A stretch of DNA of 64,000 nucleotides from Hemiscyllium ocellatum (GCF_020745735.1 NC_083440.1:31792468-31856467), one strand, 5' to 3'; shown: positions 12,960 to 27,152, counted from the stretch's first letter. Numbers and translations: made by a program. Notes: a model not told the origin generated them from the letters alone.

Positions 12960-13870
12960 AGGTCATGCTAGAGGATTACTCCATAAACTGGACTTTCTGC
13001 ACCGCGGGGGGAGCATTGCAAACCTTTGCCAGGATATTGCAACCTTCTACCACCACCCTCAGTCTCCGACCTTTGAGCCAGTTTTGTAACCAAATGGCTT
13101 TCATATGAACCAACCTTGTTAAACAGATGACCATGCACAATGTTATTCAACACCGTACTGATGTCCAGATTGACAATGCACACCATTCTATCTCAATTAA
13201 TCTTCTTAGTCGCTTCTTCAAAAAAGTCTCAGTTAATTCAGTGAGACATAATATTGTTTACACAAAGCCATGTTGACAATCCCTAATCAGTCGTTACCTT
13301 TCAAAATACTTGAGAATCATATGCCTCATAATCCCCTCCAACAACTTTCCCACGTCAGGCTCACTGACCTTTCCTAATTACCTTTCTTAAATCCTTGAAG
13401 TAGTGGCACCACATTAGCCAACTTCCAGTCTTCCGGCACTTTACCTGTGGCTATTGATGATAGCAAGGGCCCAGCAATCACTTACCTAGCTTCCCACAGA
13501 GTTCGAGCCTGTATCCAATAAAATCCAGGCCATTTTCCTTCCTTTGCATGTTCTAAGACCTCCAGCAGCTCCTCTGTAATACAGACACTTTCCAAGATGT
13601 CACTACCTATTTCCCAAGTTCTCTAGCTTCCATATCCTCCTGAACAGTACCTCCCCCATTCCCTGTGGTTCTGCACACGGGCAGCCTTGCTGATCTTTAA
13701 GGATGTCCTATTCTCTCCACATTTACTCTTTTGTCCTTGACGTATTTGTGGAATTCCTTTGGATTCTCCTTAACTCTATTTGCCAAAGCTATCACATGTC
13801 CCCTTTTTATGCTCCCAATTTCCCTCTTAACTATACTCTTGTTGCCTTCAGACTCTTCTAGTGATTCACG
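12960..13870 (-). mobile_element. Decayed CR1 RT fragment
   Basis: CAACCTTCTACCACCACCCTC...CAAAGCCATGTTGAC...CACGTCAGGCTCACTG, similar to the RT region of the 21-kb element. Confidence 0.7.
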
Positions 13871-15039
13871 TTAAATCAAGAATTAAGAGGCTAATGATGA
13901 CCATTCCGAATTTAGGAAAAATCCATCAGGCTCACTGACACCCTTTAAGGAAACAGTCTGCCATCCTTACCTGGTCTGGCCTACATGTGACTCCAGACCC
14001 ACAACATTGTGGCTGACTGTTAACTGCCCTCTGAGCAATTAGGGATGGGTAATAGTTGCTTGCCTAGCCAGGGACGCCCTCATCCCGTGAATGACCGACA
14101 CACGAACAAGCCTCATGCTCCACCACACACACTGCTGCAAACAGCACCTTCCTTCTCTCTCTCTTTCCCCTCCACTACATCTCTCTCATTAATAACACTG
14201 TTTGGACACAACACTATGGACTGACTCCCTCTGGACACATCACCATCTCGATCCCCCCACCCACATCAGCACAAACAGCAGGGACCCCCACTTCCGCCCT
14301 CCATTTCTCGCATTCCAAGAGAAACAGCCTGAAATAGGACGGAAAGGGACAAGCCGGGTGGTGGAGTGTCCGATATCCATCTCCCCACCACCACCCGTAC
14401 CCGTGTGTCTGTATTTGACTCTGTGAGTATCTATATGTAAGTGCAGGTCTGACCGTCTCTGTCGTGCTGAAAATGAAACAATCTCTCCCTCAGCTGGCCT
14501 CCCCACCCTACTGCAGTGACAGTGGCAGAGAGTGACATCACTTGAGGGAGGGAGAGAGAGTGAGAGAGCTCACAGCACGATCCAAACTGACAGCACCATC
14601 AACACACACACCCACACACACGCAGGCTCGCACACCCAATGCTGGTAGATGGAATATTGCAAATATACTTGGGCCTGTCAGAATGGAAATGTTCATCTCT
14701 GAGTCAACCATTTGTCAGGAGATGAGATGAATTAATTTCTCACTCTGTGACTTGCAATGCTTAATACGTATCTGAGAAAGTATTGAAAAGTCCTGAAAAA
14801 GGCCCAGTAGTGTTGCTAATGAAGCAGGAACAACATTGCTCAGTATCAGACAAAACTGCTCTATGCTTCCAAAGATATTATTGGAAAAATCAAACGGCCA
14901 TGCAATTTGAGAGATCCACAACAAAGGATTTGTCAACTTCTGAGAGAGTAAAAAAACTCTGCCATTGATGCAGTGGTGTAGGGAGGCCAGCAGAGGGTAG
15001 TATTGTATGAATCTAATCGCAAAATTCAGAGGTTCGCAC

Positions 15040-15340
15040 TAATGTCTCACAGCACCAGGCACCCGGGCTCGATTCCACCATCGGGCGACTGTCTATGTGG
15101 AGTTTCACATTCTCTCCATGTCTGCAGGGTTTCCACCAGATTCTCCTGTTTCCACCCACAGTCCAAAGTTGTGGATGTTAGGTGAATTGGCCATGCTGAA
15201 TTGTCCATAGTGCCCAGGGATGTGTAGGTTAGGGGCATTAGTCATGAGTAAATGTAGGATTGTATTTTAACGGGTCTGGGTGGGTTACTCTTCGAAGGGT
15301 TAGTGTGGATGTGTTGGGTCGAAGGGCCTGTTTCCACACC
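15040..15340 (+). mobile_element. HE1-type SINE, diverged
   Basis: CTCACAGCACCAGG...GTGGAGTTTCACATTCTC...GGGCCTGTTTCCACAC. Confidence 0.8.
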
Positions 15341-16197
15341 GTTGGAATTCTGTGAACTCTGCGAACAACAGGGACAGACAGAGACAGAGGAGGAGGGAGA
15401 CTTTGATTCCAATTTCAATATATTTACTTCAAAAGCAACTTTGCACAGAGATGCAGACAGAGGTACACGCAAACTGAGATACTGACACGAACACACGTAA
15501 CATATGCACACAGAGATACGCACACAGATTTGGAAGTTTACACACAAACATATGAACATAAACCCATACAGGCACACACTGTCTTTAATACAGATATATA
15601 CGTTTTATTAATAAGTTATCAATGGTCAGTTGGAGAAGGCAGGAGAATGGGGTTGAGAAATATTTTTGTTGTGATCAGTTGTCATGGCAGACAAGAGGGG
15701 CTGAATGGCCTAATTCTGCTCCAGGGTTCATTGCTCATATGATCTTGTGGTGCCTGGAATTGTCTTTCCACGACGTCAGTGGAGGCTGAATTTGGTAAGT
15801 ATTTGATTTAGGAGAGTTAATGAGAAAGTGAATAGGCTTGAGGAGCTGAGTGATCAATGTCTGTTTCTAACTGTCGACTCCTTTTACATCAAAAGAGTGG
15901 TGATTGGTTTGAGGGGAACACATTTTGAGAATAAGGACATTCCCATTTCAGACTGAGACAGGTTTGTTCCTTTCTGTTTAGGGTTGTGTGATCTGTGGTG
16001 TTCTCATGCCGAAGTAGCAAGGTTGATTCCATAGATGTTTGATGTGCAAGAGAATCCATGTTTATTGGGTACAGACAGGAAGGGGATGTTTAGTCACATT
16101 CACACCAACATGCACATTCTGAATAGTGCAGCAGTCGCGAGGGGCTGAATGGCCAGCTGCTGCCCCTAACCTATATGTTGTTCTCTCAACCACTCAG

Positions 16198-16314
16198 TAA
16201 TGTTACAGAGGTAATGAAAGACCCCATTCAGCCAGTCAACATCGTTGTAATGAGACAGGCGGAGACCATTCTGCCCTCTATGCAGGAAAAGATTGAAGTC
16301 ATTCAGCCCGCTAA
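16198..16314 (+). other. Exon-like cassette (117 nt, phase 2/2, open)
   Basis: gttctctcaaccactcag|T AAT...GCT AA|gtacat encodes NVTEVMKDPIQPVNIVVMRQAETILPSMQEKIEVIQPA. A paralogous segment lies at 18858-18971. Confidence 0.5.
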
Positions 16315-16666
16315 GTACATTACATGGTGTAGGATGAGGCCATCTTATCTTTCTATCTTGCTGCCCTTGCTTTACAAGGGAAACCTGGTAAACTATCAGG
16401 GAATAAACATTCAGGATAAATGTTAATATTCAGGTGGTAAAGTTGTAACTTGGTGGAATGCCTCAGGGATCAGTGTGACATTATCAACAATTTACAATCT
16501 ATACCAATGACCTGGATGAGGTGACTGATTGGATTGGAGCTCAATTAGTTCATTTACCAAGACAGTCATTTAACAGGATATGGAGACTCTGCAATGGGAT
16601 ACCGACAGGGAAAGTTAGTGAGCAAGCTTTGGCAGAAAACAGTGTAACAATGGCTAAGGGAAGAAC

Positions 16667-16880
16667 AGAGCTGAAAATGTGTTGCTGGAAAAGCGCAGCA
16701 GGTCAGGCAGCATCCAAGGAACAGGAGATTCGACGTTTCGGGCATAAGCCCTTCTTCCTGAAGAAGGGCTTATGCCCAAAATGTCGAATCTCCTGTTCCT
16801 TGGATGCTGCCTGACCTGCTGTGCTTTTCCAGCAACACATTTTCAGCTCTGATCTCCAGCATCTGCAGACCTCACACTCT
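16667..16880. mobile_element. Palindromic (hairpin) short retroelement, family 1, probably Penelope-like derived
   Basis: ~90-bp arms AGAGCTGAAAATGTGTTGCTGG...GGGCATAAGCCCTTCTTC folded back on GAAGAAGGGCTTATGCCC...CCAGCAACACATTTTCAGCTCT. Confidence 0.8.
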
Positions 16881-18280
16881 CTTCTAAAGGTAGAACGGAT
16901 AAAATAACAGCGACCTACTTAAATGGAGAGAACATTGCAGAACTCATTGGTACGGAGGGATGTGTGTGTCTCGGAACATGAGCCAGATAAACCTAGTCAG
17001 CAGATTCAGCAAGTGATTAGGGAAGTGTATTGAACGATGCTGTTTCACGCAAAGGCTATCGGGTATAATCATTGGGATGTTTTACTGTATCTGTACATGA
17101 CAATGCTGAGACTACATCGAATGTATTGTATGTAGTAATGCATCCTGAAATTGAAAGAAAAGATATGCAATTGTTTTAGAGCTTTTCACCGATGCTTCAC
17201 TTTACTCCTTGCTAGAATGAAGGTCTGATAGAATCATAGTGTCATACAGCACGGAAACAGACCCTTCAGTCCAGCTCATTTGCACCGACCAGATATTCCA
17301 ATCTGATGTCAAACCATTTGCCAACATTAGACCCATAACTCTCTCAACCCTTCTTATTTATATAACCATCCACTTCCTCTTAAATGTTGTAATTGTACCA
17401 GCCTCCACCACTTTCATTGCTAGCTCGTCCCATACACGCACTACCCTCTGTGTGATAAAGATACCACTCAGGTCTCTTTAATTTTCCCCTCTCACTTTAA
17501 ATCTTTGCCCTCTGGTTTGGACTCCTCCAGCCTTGGAAAATAACCTTGGCTGATCCCGCATCCATGGCCCTCATGGCCTCTACATGTCAGAGTACTTCAG
17601 GCCTGAGAATGAGAGCTGTTCATATTGAACCATAAAGGACCATGAGGAGAGTGTATTGTGGCATAGCTGAGGATTCGAGAATAAAACTAAGGATTTAATT
17701 TTAGAAAACAACATACTCATTTTAACACAGGTACTATGAAGACATTAATTTATTGTACAAAAATTATGCAAACACATATAAGTGTACCTTCAAATTATAA
17801 ATTACAAATTATTCCTAAATGGAGCAAGTAACAGGGATGGAGTCGTTCAATCAAGAGAATGTTCAACCAGACCTTACCTAGTCCAGGTTGGTGTTTGGGT
17901 CACATCATTGCATGTTTCAGATCAGAGAGGGAGCAAATGCAAACTGTCAAAGCAGCAACGGCCATTTCTCCGTCTCTACTTGTAACATATGCGAGTTGAA
18001 AACCAGTCAGCCATCACTAGCACTCTTTGAGGGTTCCTGTTGAGGATTCATTGGAATCTCTCTACTGCCTGCAGCAAAGGGAATCCAGTCAAATCCAACT
18101 GTTCCAAGAAGAAACCACAATGCTAGCAGCTTCTGTGAGGCAGAATAACTTCAGAGGCAGAATAACAATTGAAACTCTCTTAATTTTGCTTTTATTCTGA
18201 AATTAACTGTTATTTGGACAAAGCTCTTTCAAATTAATATTCAGCAGAGTTCCATTTTTTTCTGTTTGCCTTCAGATGTT

Positions 18281-18306
18281 TGTGTGTGTGTGTGTGTGTG
18301 TGTGTG
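18281..18306 (+). repeat. (TG)n microsatellite
   Basis: Direct reading. Confidence 0.95.
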
Positions 18307-19539
18307 CGCGTGTGTCTTCGTACGCATGTTTCTATGTCTCAGATTTATAGAAAAATAAATGTTGATGTACATATTGTCGATGTTCAAACTGTATATCATT
18401 TATGTATCCATCCAAATTCGAGCAACTTTGCTTTGGTTTTAGATTAGTTATTTTAACAAATTTAAGAAACCTATCTGACCTGTTCCTAACACTGAACCTG
18501 ACCCAGTCTGAGACGGATATCATTTACTTACACGGATACCACACACATAGTTACACTGATAATTTGTCGTGCTGTCTGGAGGAATGGAATTAGAAAAAGA
18601 AGCCATGACTCTCTAACCTCGGTAGGAACAGGGATAAGGAGAAATTCTCAAAAGGCCATTTGAGTGGGAATTTCTCCTCCCCACAGGTTTGTGGCACCTG
18701 TGTGTTTGCATTTATTCAAAGGTGTGTTAGTTGACTATTTGATGGGAAAGTGACTCAAGGATAATGAACTGCAGATCGGAACGTGGGGCTGAGACTACAA
18801 TTTGATCAGCCACAGCCTTAGTGCCTGGTGGGGCAGGGACCCACTCCTGTTCCTCAGTCCTACTTCACCCCATTCCATTCAGCCCCTCAATCTGCTATTC
18901 ACGAGCAGTTGGAGACCACTTACTCCTACTACCTTGTGCGCAGAAACCGAGGTGACCATTCAGCCCCTGAATACAGTCAAACATGATTTGGCATTGATTG
19001 GCAAACGTTCTTGGGAAAAAGAGGTGGTGTTACTATGAAACAGTCCCTTCCTGTCTCTTTATAGAAGTTCCCCTGTCTCCATTTATTAGTCATGTTGTTG
19101 ACCCAGATTCATAGTGAATAATGACCACATACTGTAACCACATATTGCTCACAAAATCCTCTGGTCTCTTTGACTACAACATTCCTTCACAGGACATCCA
19201 GGAGAATAACAACGATGAACCTTCCAATAACAGAATGCAAGAACATGAGAAGCAGGAGTAGGTCATTCAGCTCCTACAGCCTGCCTTTCCTTCAATAGGA
19301 TCATGGCTGATCTGCTCTAGGCCCCAACTCCTGGAGTGCCTGCCGTGTCAAACATCCATCCATCCCTGTCTTCCCATTATCTCAATGATCTATCTCCCCA
19401 ACCTCTCTGGGAAAGAGAAGTTCCGATGGTCACTCCTCTATGTGAGAAGGACACACACCGCACACATACAACGTGACCTATTGACATGGACATAATACAT
19501 AAAAACCTGGTAATAGTGACTGGCCCTGACAGCAAGGCA

Positions 19540-20030
19540 GTGTTTAACTGAGGATGGTATCAAGGAACCTGAAGAAAATGGAACTTAATGGAAATCAAGG
19601 GTAACCTCCCCATGGGTTGGAGTGATTCGGCACAAAGAAGATGTTTGTAGTTCTTTGACATGCACCATCTCAGTCTCGGGACATCTCTGCGGGAGATCCA
19701 CAGCACAAGCATCCTCATTTGCGCCTTGGTGTCTTCCCCCCCATCAGAATCTCAGAAGTGGAGATGGTGACTGAAAATCATGTAATGTTCAGAACAATGT
19801 GCCCCCCCCAGCTCCTGAAGCAGCCTGTGTCCATGTGCAGGAAGACCCAGACAGCATTCAGGCTTATGCTGTTAGAGTGTTGGTAACATTCATGTAACAG
19901 TCCTGCTGGACACTGTGCGTTACCAGAGTAAAGAGAGGTGCTCATTCAGCAGCTCAAGCTCACTTCACAGGAATGTGAGGAGGTCATTCCGCCCATCAAT
20001 GCTATTGGACAAGAATAGAGATCGCCCATT
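19540..20030 (+). mobile_element. Decayed LINE RT fragment (different family from the CR1 copies)
   Basis: GGCACAAAGAAGATG...GGACATCTCTGCGGGAGATCCACAG resembles the AQRKMVV...DISAGVPQG RT segment. No open frame. Confidence 0.5.
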
Positions 20031-21033
20031 CATTCTCTCCTGACTATTACACATGAAGATAAGGAGCCCAGTCAAACACATGATCTGTTAAGCAGGAACC
20101 ACGGGTTGCCCAGTCAGGTTCTTGAGCGTCTCCCATGACATCAGGAGGTGGCCATTCTGCTGCTCAAGCCCCTTGTACAGAAATAGGAGGATGTTATCTA
20201 CGACCAAACAAAACAAACCAATAAAACAGAGACTGCGCAGATAGACTGCTCTATCTTGTTCCTCCTGGCTCCATTGTCAATGGTACACAATGGATACATT
20301 AATATGGTTTGTTGACGGTGAGGAGGGAGGACATCTATGAGAAGGCAGACCTGTATTCCCTATGGAGGTCAGCAGCTGTTGGGAATGGCTAACATTTTCA
20401 GGAGTTAGGCATTATAGCTGCTGACACATTTGTGAACAATGTGACGCTCAGTGCAGGGTCACACACCAACTGCACTTTGAGGCAATGAGAGTTCATTCAG
20501 AGCCTGAAGCTCTCTCCCAACCAACATAGGAGCTTCACAGAGGTACATAAACTAAAAAGAAGCACATATCATGGGCAAAATGTAATTTCCCATGCCGCCA
20601 ATGTCTTTTTCTGGACATAATGTGTTTTCATCCATAATCTTCAAGTTTCAATGCAGTCAACTCTTATTCTCTTGTCGTGCTACCAATTAAACATCCATTT
20701 CCTTCACACTCTCTTCATGATACCATCATCCCAGAGATTATTCTAATGAAACAGTTTTGCACTACTTCTGTGACAAGGAGATAATTGATTTATAAAGGAG
20801 AGAAAGTCCGACCACAATAGCCCAAATACTGCCTCAACAACACTCCACAACTCCTACACATGATTCATTTTGTAGTGAAGGCTGCCATTTCATTTCCTGT
20901 CCTGGTTAATAGGTGCCCTGCATGAATTCTGTTTGTGACGTGTGACCAAGGACATTTCGGTCTTTTTTGCCAGAAGCACTTCCCAACCTCGCACCTACTA
21001 ATAAATCCAACATGAAAAGGAAAGTATATGTTA

Positions 21034-24000
21034 ACAAAAAAGAACAAAGAAAATTTACAGCCCAGGAACAGGCCCTTCGGCCCTCCAAGCCTGAGCTGAT
21101 CCAAATGTAATGCCTAAACCTGTCGGTCAATTCCGAAGCATTTGTAACCCTCTGCTCTCCACCTACTCATGCATCTGTCCAGACACATCTTAAATGAATC
21201 TACCGTGCCTGCCTGTACCACCTCTGCTGGCAACGCGTTCCAAATGGCCACCACCTTCTGTGTAAAGTACTTACCACGTGTATCCCCCTTAAACATTCCA
21301 CCTCTCACTTTGAAAGCGTGACCTCTCGTTATTGAATCCTTCACCCTGGGAAAAAGCTTATCTCTATCCACCCTGTCTAAACCCTTCATGATTTTGTAAA
21401 TCTCAATCAGATCCCCCCTCAATCTTCTTTTTCCTAATGAAAATAAACCTAACCTACTCAACCTCTCTTCATAGCTAGCACCTTCCATACCAGAGGCAAC
21501 ATCCTCGTAAACCTTCTCTGCACCCTCTAAAAAGTGTCCATATCCTTTTGGTAATGTGGCGACCAGAATTTTACACAGTATTCTAAATGTGGCTGAATCA
21601 ATGTCTTGTACCGTGTTTACATCACTTGCCAGCTCTTAAACTCAATAACCCATCCAATGAAGACAAGCAAACCATATGCCTTCTTGACTACTTTACCCAG
21701 CTGTGCAGCAACATTCAGGGTACAATGGACCTGCACTTCCAGATCTCTCTGCCCATCAACCTTTCCCCAGGCTCTATAATTCGCTCTAGAATTAGACTTG
21801 CCTACATGAATTACTTCACATTTGTCTGGATTGAAAACCATCTGCCACTTTTCCGCCCAAATCCCCAGTCTATCTATATCCTTCTGTATTTTCCGACAGT
21901 CCCTTATGCTTTCTGGTACTCCACCAATCTTCGTGACATCTGCAAACTTGCTGATTATACCAACAGCGCTCTCTCCCAGATCATCTATGTATATTACAAA
22001 CAACAGTGACCCCAACACTGACCCCTGTGGAACACCACTGGTCACCTTTCTTCATTTCGAGAAACTCCCTTCAACTACTACTCTCTGTCTCCTGTTTCTC
22101 AATTAGTTCTTTATCCACCTAGCTAGAAAACCCTGGCCACCACATGACTTCAATTTCTCCATTAGTCTACCATGGAGAACCTTATCAAACGCCTTACTAA
22201 AGTCCATGTATATGACATCTTCCTTCATCTAACAACTTGCTCACTTCCTCGAAGAACTCAATTAAGTTGGTAAGGCACAGTCTCCCCTGCTCAAAACCAT
22301 TTTGCCTATCACTGATAAACTCATTCTTTTCTAAATATAAGTAGATCCTATCCCTCAGTACCTTCTCCAGCAACTTTCCCACCACTGACGTCAGGCTCAC
22401 TGGTCTGTAGTTACCCGGAATATCACTACTACCCTTCTTGAATAGAGGGACAACATGAGCTACCTTCCAGTCCTCCAGCACCTCACCTGTATTTAAGAAT
22501 TGCACAAAGATATCTGTCAGGTCCCCAGTTATTTCCTCTCTTGCCTCCCTCAGCAACCTGGGATAGATCCGATCCGGTCCTGGGGATTTGTCCACCTTAA
22601 TAACCTCTGGCCTCGCCAACACATCTTCCCTACTTACGTTAATGTGATCCAGACTAATCAAACGTCTATCTCTAATCTCAACATTCATTATACTCCACTC
22701 AGTGAATGCTGATGCAAAGTAATCATTCAGAATCTCACCCATTCTCTCAGGTTCGACACACAGCCTTTCTTCGTTATCCTTTAGTGGACCAATCCTTTCT
22801 CTAGTTACTCTCTTGTTTCTTATATAAGAATAAAATGTTGGATTCTCCTTAATTCTGCTCGCGAAAGCTATTTCATAACCCGTTTAAGCCCGCTTGATTC
22901 CTCGTTTTAAGACTTGTCCTACTCCTCCAATATTCTTCCAGGGCCCGTTCTGTTCTTAGCTGCTTAGGCCTTATGTATGCTTCCCTTTTCCTCTTGGTTC
23001 ATCGTACAATTTCTCCTGTCATCCACGGTTCACGAATGGTGCACTTTCCATCCTTTGCCATCAACGGGACATGCCTATCCTGCACTATCTTTAAACTATC
23101 TTTAAAAGCCTCCCACATCTCAAATGTTGATTTCCCTTCAAATAGCTGTGTCCATTCCACATTTCTGAGCTCATGCCGAATTTTGATATAATTATCCTTG
23201 GCCCAGTTTAGTACTCTTACTTTAGAATCACTCTCTACTTTATCCACGAGTATTCTAAAACTTACAGAATTGTGGTCACTGTTCCCAAAGAAATCCCCCA
23301 CCATAACTTCTACCACCTGTCCTGGCTTGTTCCCCAGTACCAGGTCCAATATGGCCTCTTTCCTCGTCAGACTATTGACATACTGCAGTAGAAAACTCGC
23401 CTGGACACTTCTCACAGATTCTACCCCATCCAGACGTTAAGTGTATCCTAGTCAATGTTGGGAAAATTAAAATCTCCCATCACCACTACCCTATTGCCGC
23501 TACATCTTCCCATAATCTGTTTACATCTTTGTTCTTCTACCACATGCTCACCATTGGGAGGTCTGTAATACAGCCCCAATAGTGTGACTGCGCCCTCCTT
23601 ATTTCAAAGCTCTACCCATAATGCCTCATGCCCAAGACCTCCATAGTGTGCTCCTTTAGCAGAGCCGTGATATCGTCCTTGACCAGCAATGCAACTTCAC
23701 CCCATCCCCTTTTTCTTCCCTCCCTGTCCTGCCTGAAGCGTCTATATCCTGGAATGTTTAATTGCCAATCATCAGGCCCTTCCTTCAACCAAGTCTCTGT
23801 GATTGCAATAATGTCATACTCCCAGGCACCAATCCAAGCCCTAAGTTCATCTGCCTTACACACTATACTCCTTGCACTAAAGTAGATGCATTTCAGGCTA
23901 CCTGTTTTTTTTTGTGCTCATCTATTCACTGCCTACTCTTCCATTTATGAATGCTATCTTCATAATTCTTACAGTCTCCAGTCTCCACCTCACTGCCTAC

Positions 24001-24958
24001 TTGTTTTCTCTTTTGGTTCCCACTCCCCAGCCACATTAGTTTAAATCCTCCCAACAGCAGTAGCAAAAACTCCCCCAAGGACTTTGGTTCCGGTCTGGTT
24101 CAGATGTAGACCGTCCATTTTGTAATAGTCCCACCTTCCCCAGAACCGGTCCCAATGTCCAACAAATTGAGCCCCTCCCTCCTACACCATCTCTCAAGCC
24201 ACGTGTTCATCCTGCCTATTCTATGATTTCTACACAGACTAGCACGTGGCACTGGTAGTAATCCCGAGATAACTACCTTTGAGGTCCTCCACTTTAACTT
24301 CTCTCCTAGCTCCCTGAATTCTACTTTCAGGACCTCATCTTGCTTTCTACGTATATCGTTGTTGCCTATATGCACCAAGACAACTGGCTGTTCACCCTAC
24401 CCTTTTAGAACGCTCTGCAGCCGATTGAGGACTGAGCACCTGTGTGGCAACATACCATTCAGGAGTCCCATTCTCGGCCACAAAACCGCCTATCTATTCC
24501 CCTCACAATAGAATTCCCTATAAAAATGGTCCTACGAGTCGTTTTCCTGCCCTTCTGAACAGCAGTGCCTGCCATGATGCCATGAAATATGCAACTGCTG
24601 CCCTCCCCTGGTGAGCCATCTCCCCCAACAGTATTCAAAACCGTATACTTATTTTGGAGGGAGATGACCGCAGGGGACACCTGCACTGCCTTCCTACTTT
24701 TTCTGTTTTTTGGTCACCCATTCACTGTCTCCCTCAGCAATTCTAAACTGCGGGTTGACCAGTTCACTAAATGTGCTATCCACGATCTCCTCAGCATTAA
24801 AGATGCTCCACAGTGCATCCATCCACAGCTCCAGAGTTGCCATGCGGTCAAACAAGAGCTGTAGCTGGACACACTTCTTGCAAGTGTAAGAGTCAGGAAT
24901 GTCAGACATGTTCCTAAGCTCCCACATCAAGCAAGAGGCACAGGCCACGGGTCTGAGT
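21034..24958 (-). mobile_element. CR1-clade LINE, near full length, multiply frameshifted
   Basis: ORF1 zinc-finger start (CASCLMWE...YTCKKCVQLQ, 24694-24948), esterase fragments, endonuclease fragments (ITETW, LDLVL) and RT fragments (PQGSVLG, FADV). TTCTTTG-type tail at ~21040. Confidence 0.92.
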
Positions 24959-25040
24959 TAACCATTGCAGTTTGGCTAAAAGGTTGTCATAGTACAGTGG
25001 AAGTTTATAGCATCCATTTGCCTTACCGACATCTTACATG

Positions 25041-25175
25041 NNNNNNNNNNNNNNNNNNNNNNNNNNNNNNNNNNNNNNNNNNNNNNNNNNNNNNNNNNNN
25101 NNNNNNNNNNNNNNNNNNNNNNNNNNNNNNNNNNNNNNNNNNNNNNNNNNNNNNNNNNNNNNNNNNNNNNNNNNN
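25041..25175. other. Assembly gap (135 N)
   Basis: Run of N in the sequence. Confidence 1.
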
Positions 25176-25799
25176 TTTCTTGTTATTTTCGTATTCTCTA
25201 ATTAGATTCAGGGGTTCAGCCTTTTTTACATGAATGTTCGCGTATGCTTCGGTGTTTGTTTGGAACTGAGAATTAACCAGAATTCAGAGTGCTTAGGAGT
25301 ATATAACTTGAGCAGCTATTTAAAACAAATCTGTATCTGCTCAAATTTTCCAAGTGTTGACTGATAGTCCATGACTTATGAAGGAATTAATATAAAGCTG
25401 ACATGACAAAGTAAGATTAAAAAATAGCCTCAGAGGACATTGTAGTGCTATAAAAAATACAGGTTGAGTGAGTCGTCAAAGACCTGACAAATAGAGCTTT
25501 ACGTTGAAAAATGTTACGTTGTCCATTTTGACTGGAAGAAAAACATTTTTTTTAAATAGAGGGAGATTCCATAGCTCTGAGATGCAGTGGGATCACAGTG
25601 TCACATTACCTGCATCACAAAGTGCTACCATGCAGATACAGTACATAATTAGGAAAGCGAATAAATGTTTTCCTTTTATTGTGGGAGAATTTAAACACAA
25701 AAGTAGAGAGGACTGTTGAGCTTGTATCTTGAATGCTCTCACTCTTATTGGTCACCCTGTTTATGGAAGGAAGTTAAGAATAATGTAGTAAAGTCCAGA

Positions 25800-26092
25800 A
25801 CGAGAGGGCATAGGTTTAGATTGAGAGGGAAAAGATATGAAAGAGACCTAAGGGGCAACTTTTTCATGCAGCGGGTGGTACGTGTATGAAATGAGCTGCG
25901 AGAGCATGTGGTGGAGGCTGGTACAATTGCAACATTTAAGAGGCATTTGGATGGGTATATGAATAGGAGGGGTTTGGAGGGATATGGGCCGGATGCTGGC
26001 AGGTGGGACTAAATTGGGTTGGGATATCTGGTTGACATGGACGGGTTGGAATGAAGGGTCTGTTTCCATGCTGTACATCTCTATGACTCTAA
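25800..26092 (+). mobile_element. CR1/HER1-type 3' end fragment
   Basis: GGCAACTTTTTCATGCAG...GAAGGGTCTGTTTCCATGCTGTACATCTCTATGACTCT. A minus-strand relative lies at ~17230-17540. Confidence 0.75.
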
Positions 26093-26835
26093 GACCTCGT
26101 ATAAAATGTCTTCTTTCATGACTAATTTCAGCTGCTTATACTGTGAAGAACCGGGAAATCTAATGTCTCCAGGGACAGTTGCAGAAAATAAGTTTGCTCC
26201 AGTTTGTGTATAAATGATCCTTGATTCAGACTTCAAAAACGTGAAAGGAAATTGCTGGAGAGCTGTTGTTTCGATTGTTCAGGCACTTCCTCTTGAAAGC
26301 ATGTGACAGCAGTGCAACAAACGCCTTTGCAGACCAGACCACAGCAATCGCAGCAACTTTCCATCTCTAATGCTCGCTTTGTTCATACAGAATGAAGCTC
26401 TTATTTAATGAGAACAACAGAAAGTATCCAAATAAAACCTGAAAGAATGTTGTAAATCAGAAAGAAAAACAGAGTTGCTGGAAAAGCCATTGCTTTGAAA
26501 TATCCAAATCTCTTCAGTGAGATGTTTCCCCTTCATCAGCCAGATCCTGAAAGTGGTACCTCCGATTGACCTCTGGTCTATACTGCAAGGAAATCCCCGA
26601 CATTCTCTGCCTCTTCCCCTACCTGTGCTCTGCTTTCTTGCAAACTAGTTATGTAAATGTGACAAAAAAATCACCAACTCATGCAGTCATCCTTCTGCAG
26701 TGTGAACAGTTTTGAAAAAGCAGCTGAATAAGAGCTGCAATACTGAATCCAGATTTTTCAGCCATTCCAGCAGCGGCACACACTTGTAGATGGAGACAAA
26801 TGCTGATTTCAGTGACTAAACTTGTCTGTTCAATT

Positions 26836-27152
26836 AGATTAGATTAGATTAGATCACTTACAGTGTGGAAACAGGCCTTTCGGCCCAACAAGTCCACACT
26901 GACCTGCTGAAGCGTAACCCACCCATTCCCGTACATTTACCCCTTTACCTAACACTACGAGCAATTTAGCATGGCCAATTCACCTAACCCACACATCTTT
27001 GGACTGTGGGAGGAAACCAGAGCACCCGGAGGAAACCCACGCAGACACAGGGAGAATGTGCAAACTCCACACAGTCAGTCACCTGAGTCAGGAATTGATC
27101 CCGGGTCTCTGGCGCTGTGAGGCAGCAGTGCTAACCACTGTGCCACCGTGCT
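26836..27152 (-). mobile_element. HE1-type SINE
   Basis: Reverse complement of the 58320 copy, with an (AGATT)n tail at ~26836-26852. Confidence 0.9.

Noticed and set aside
14715-14968. Overlapping short ORFs with a hydrophobic stretch
   Set aside because: No motif or splice support.
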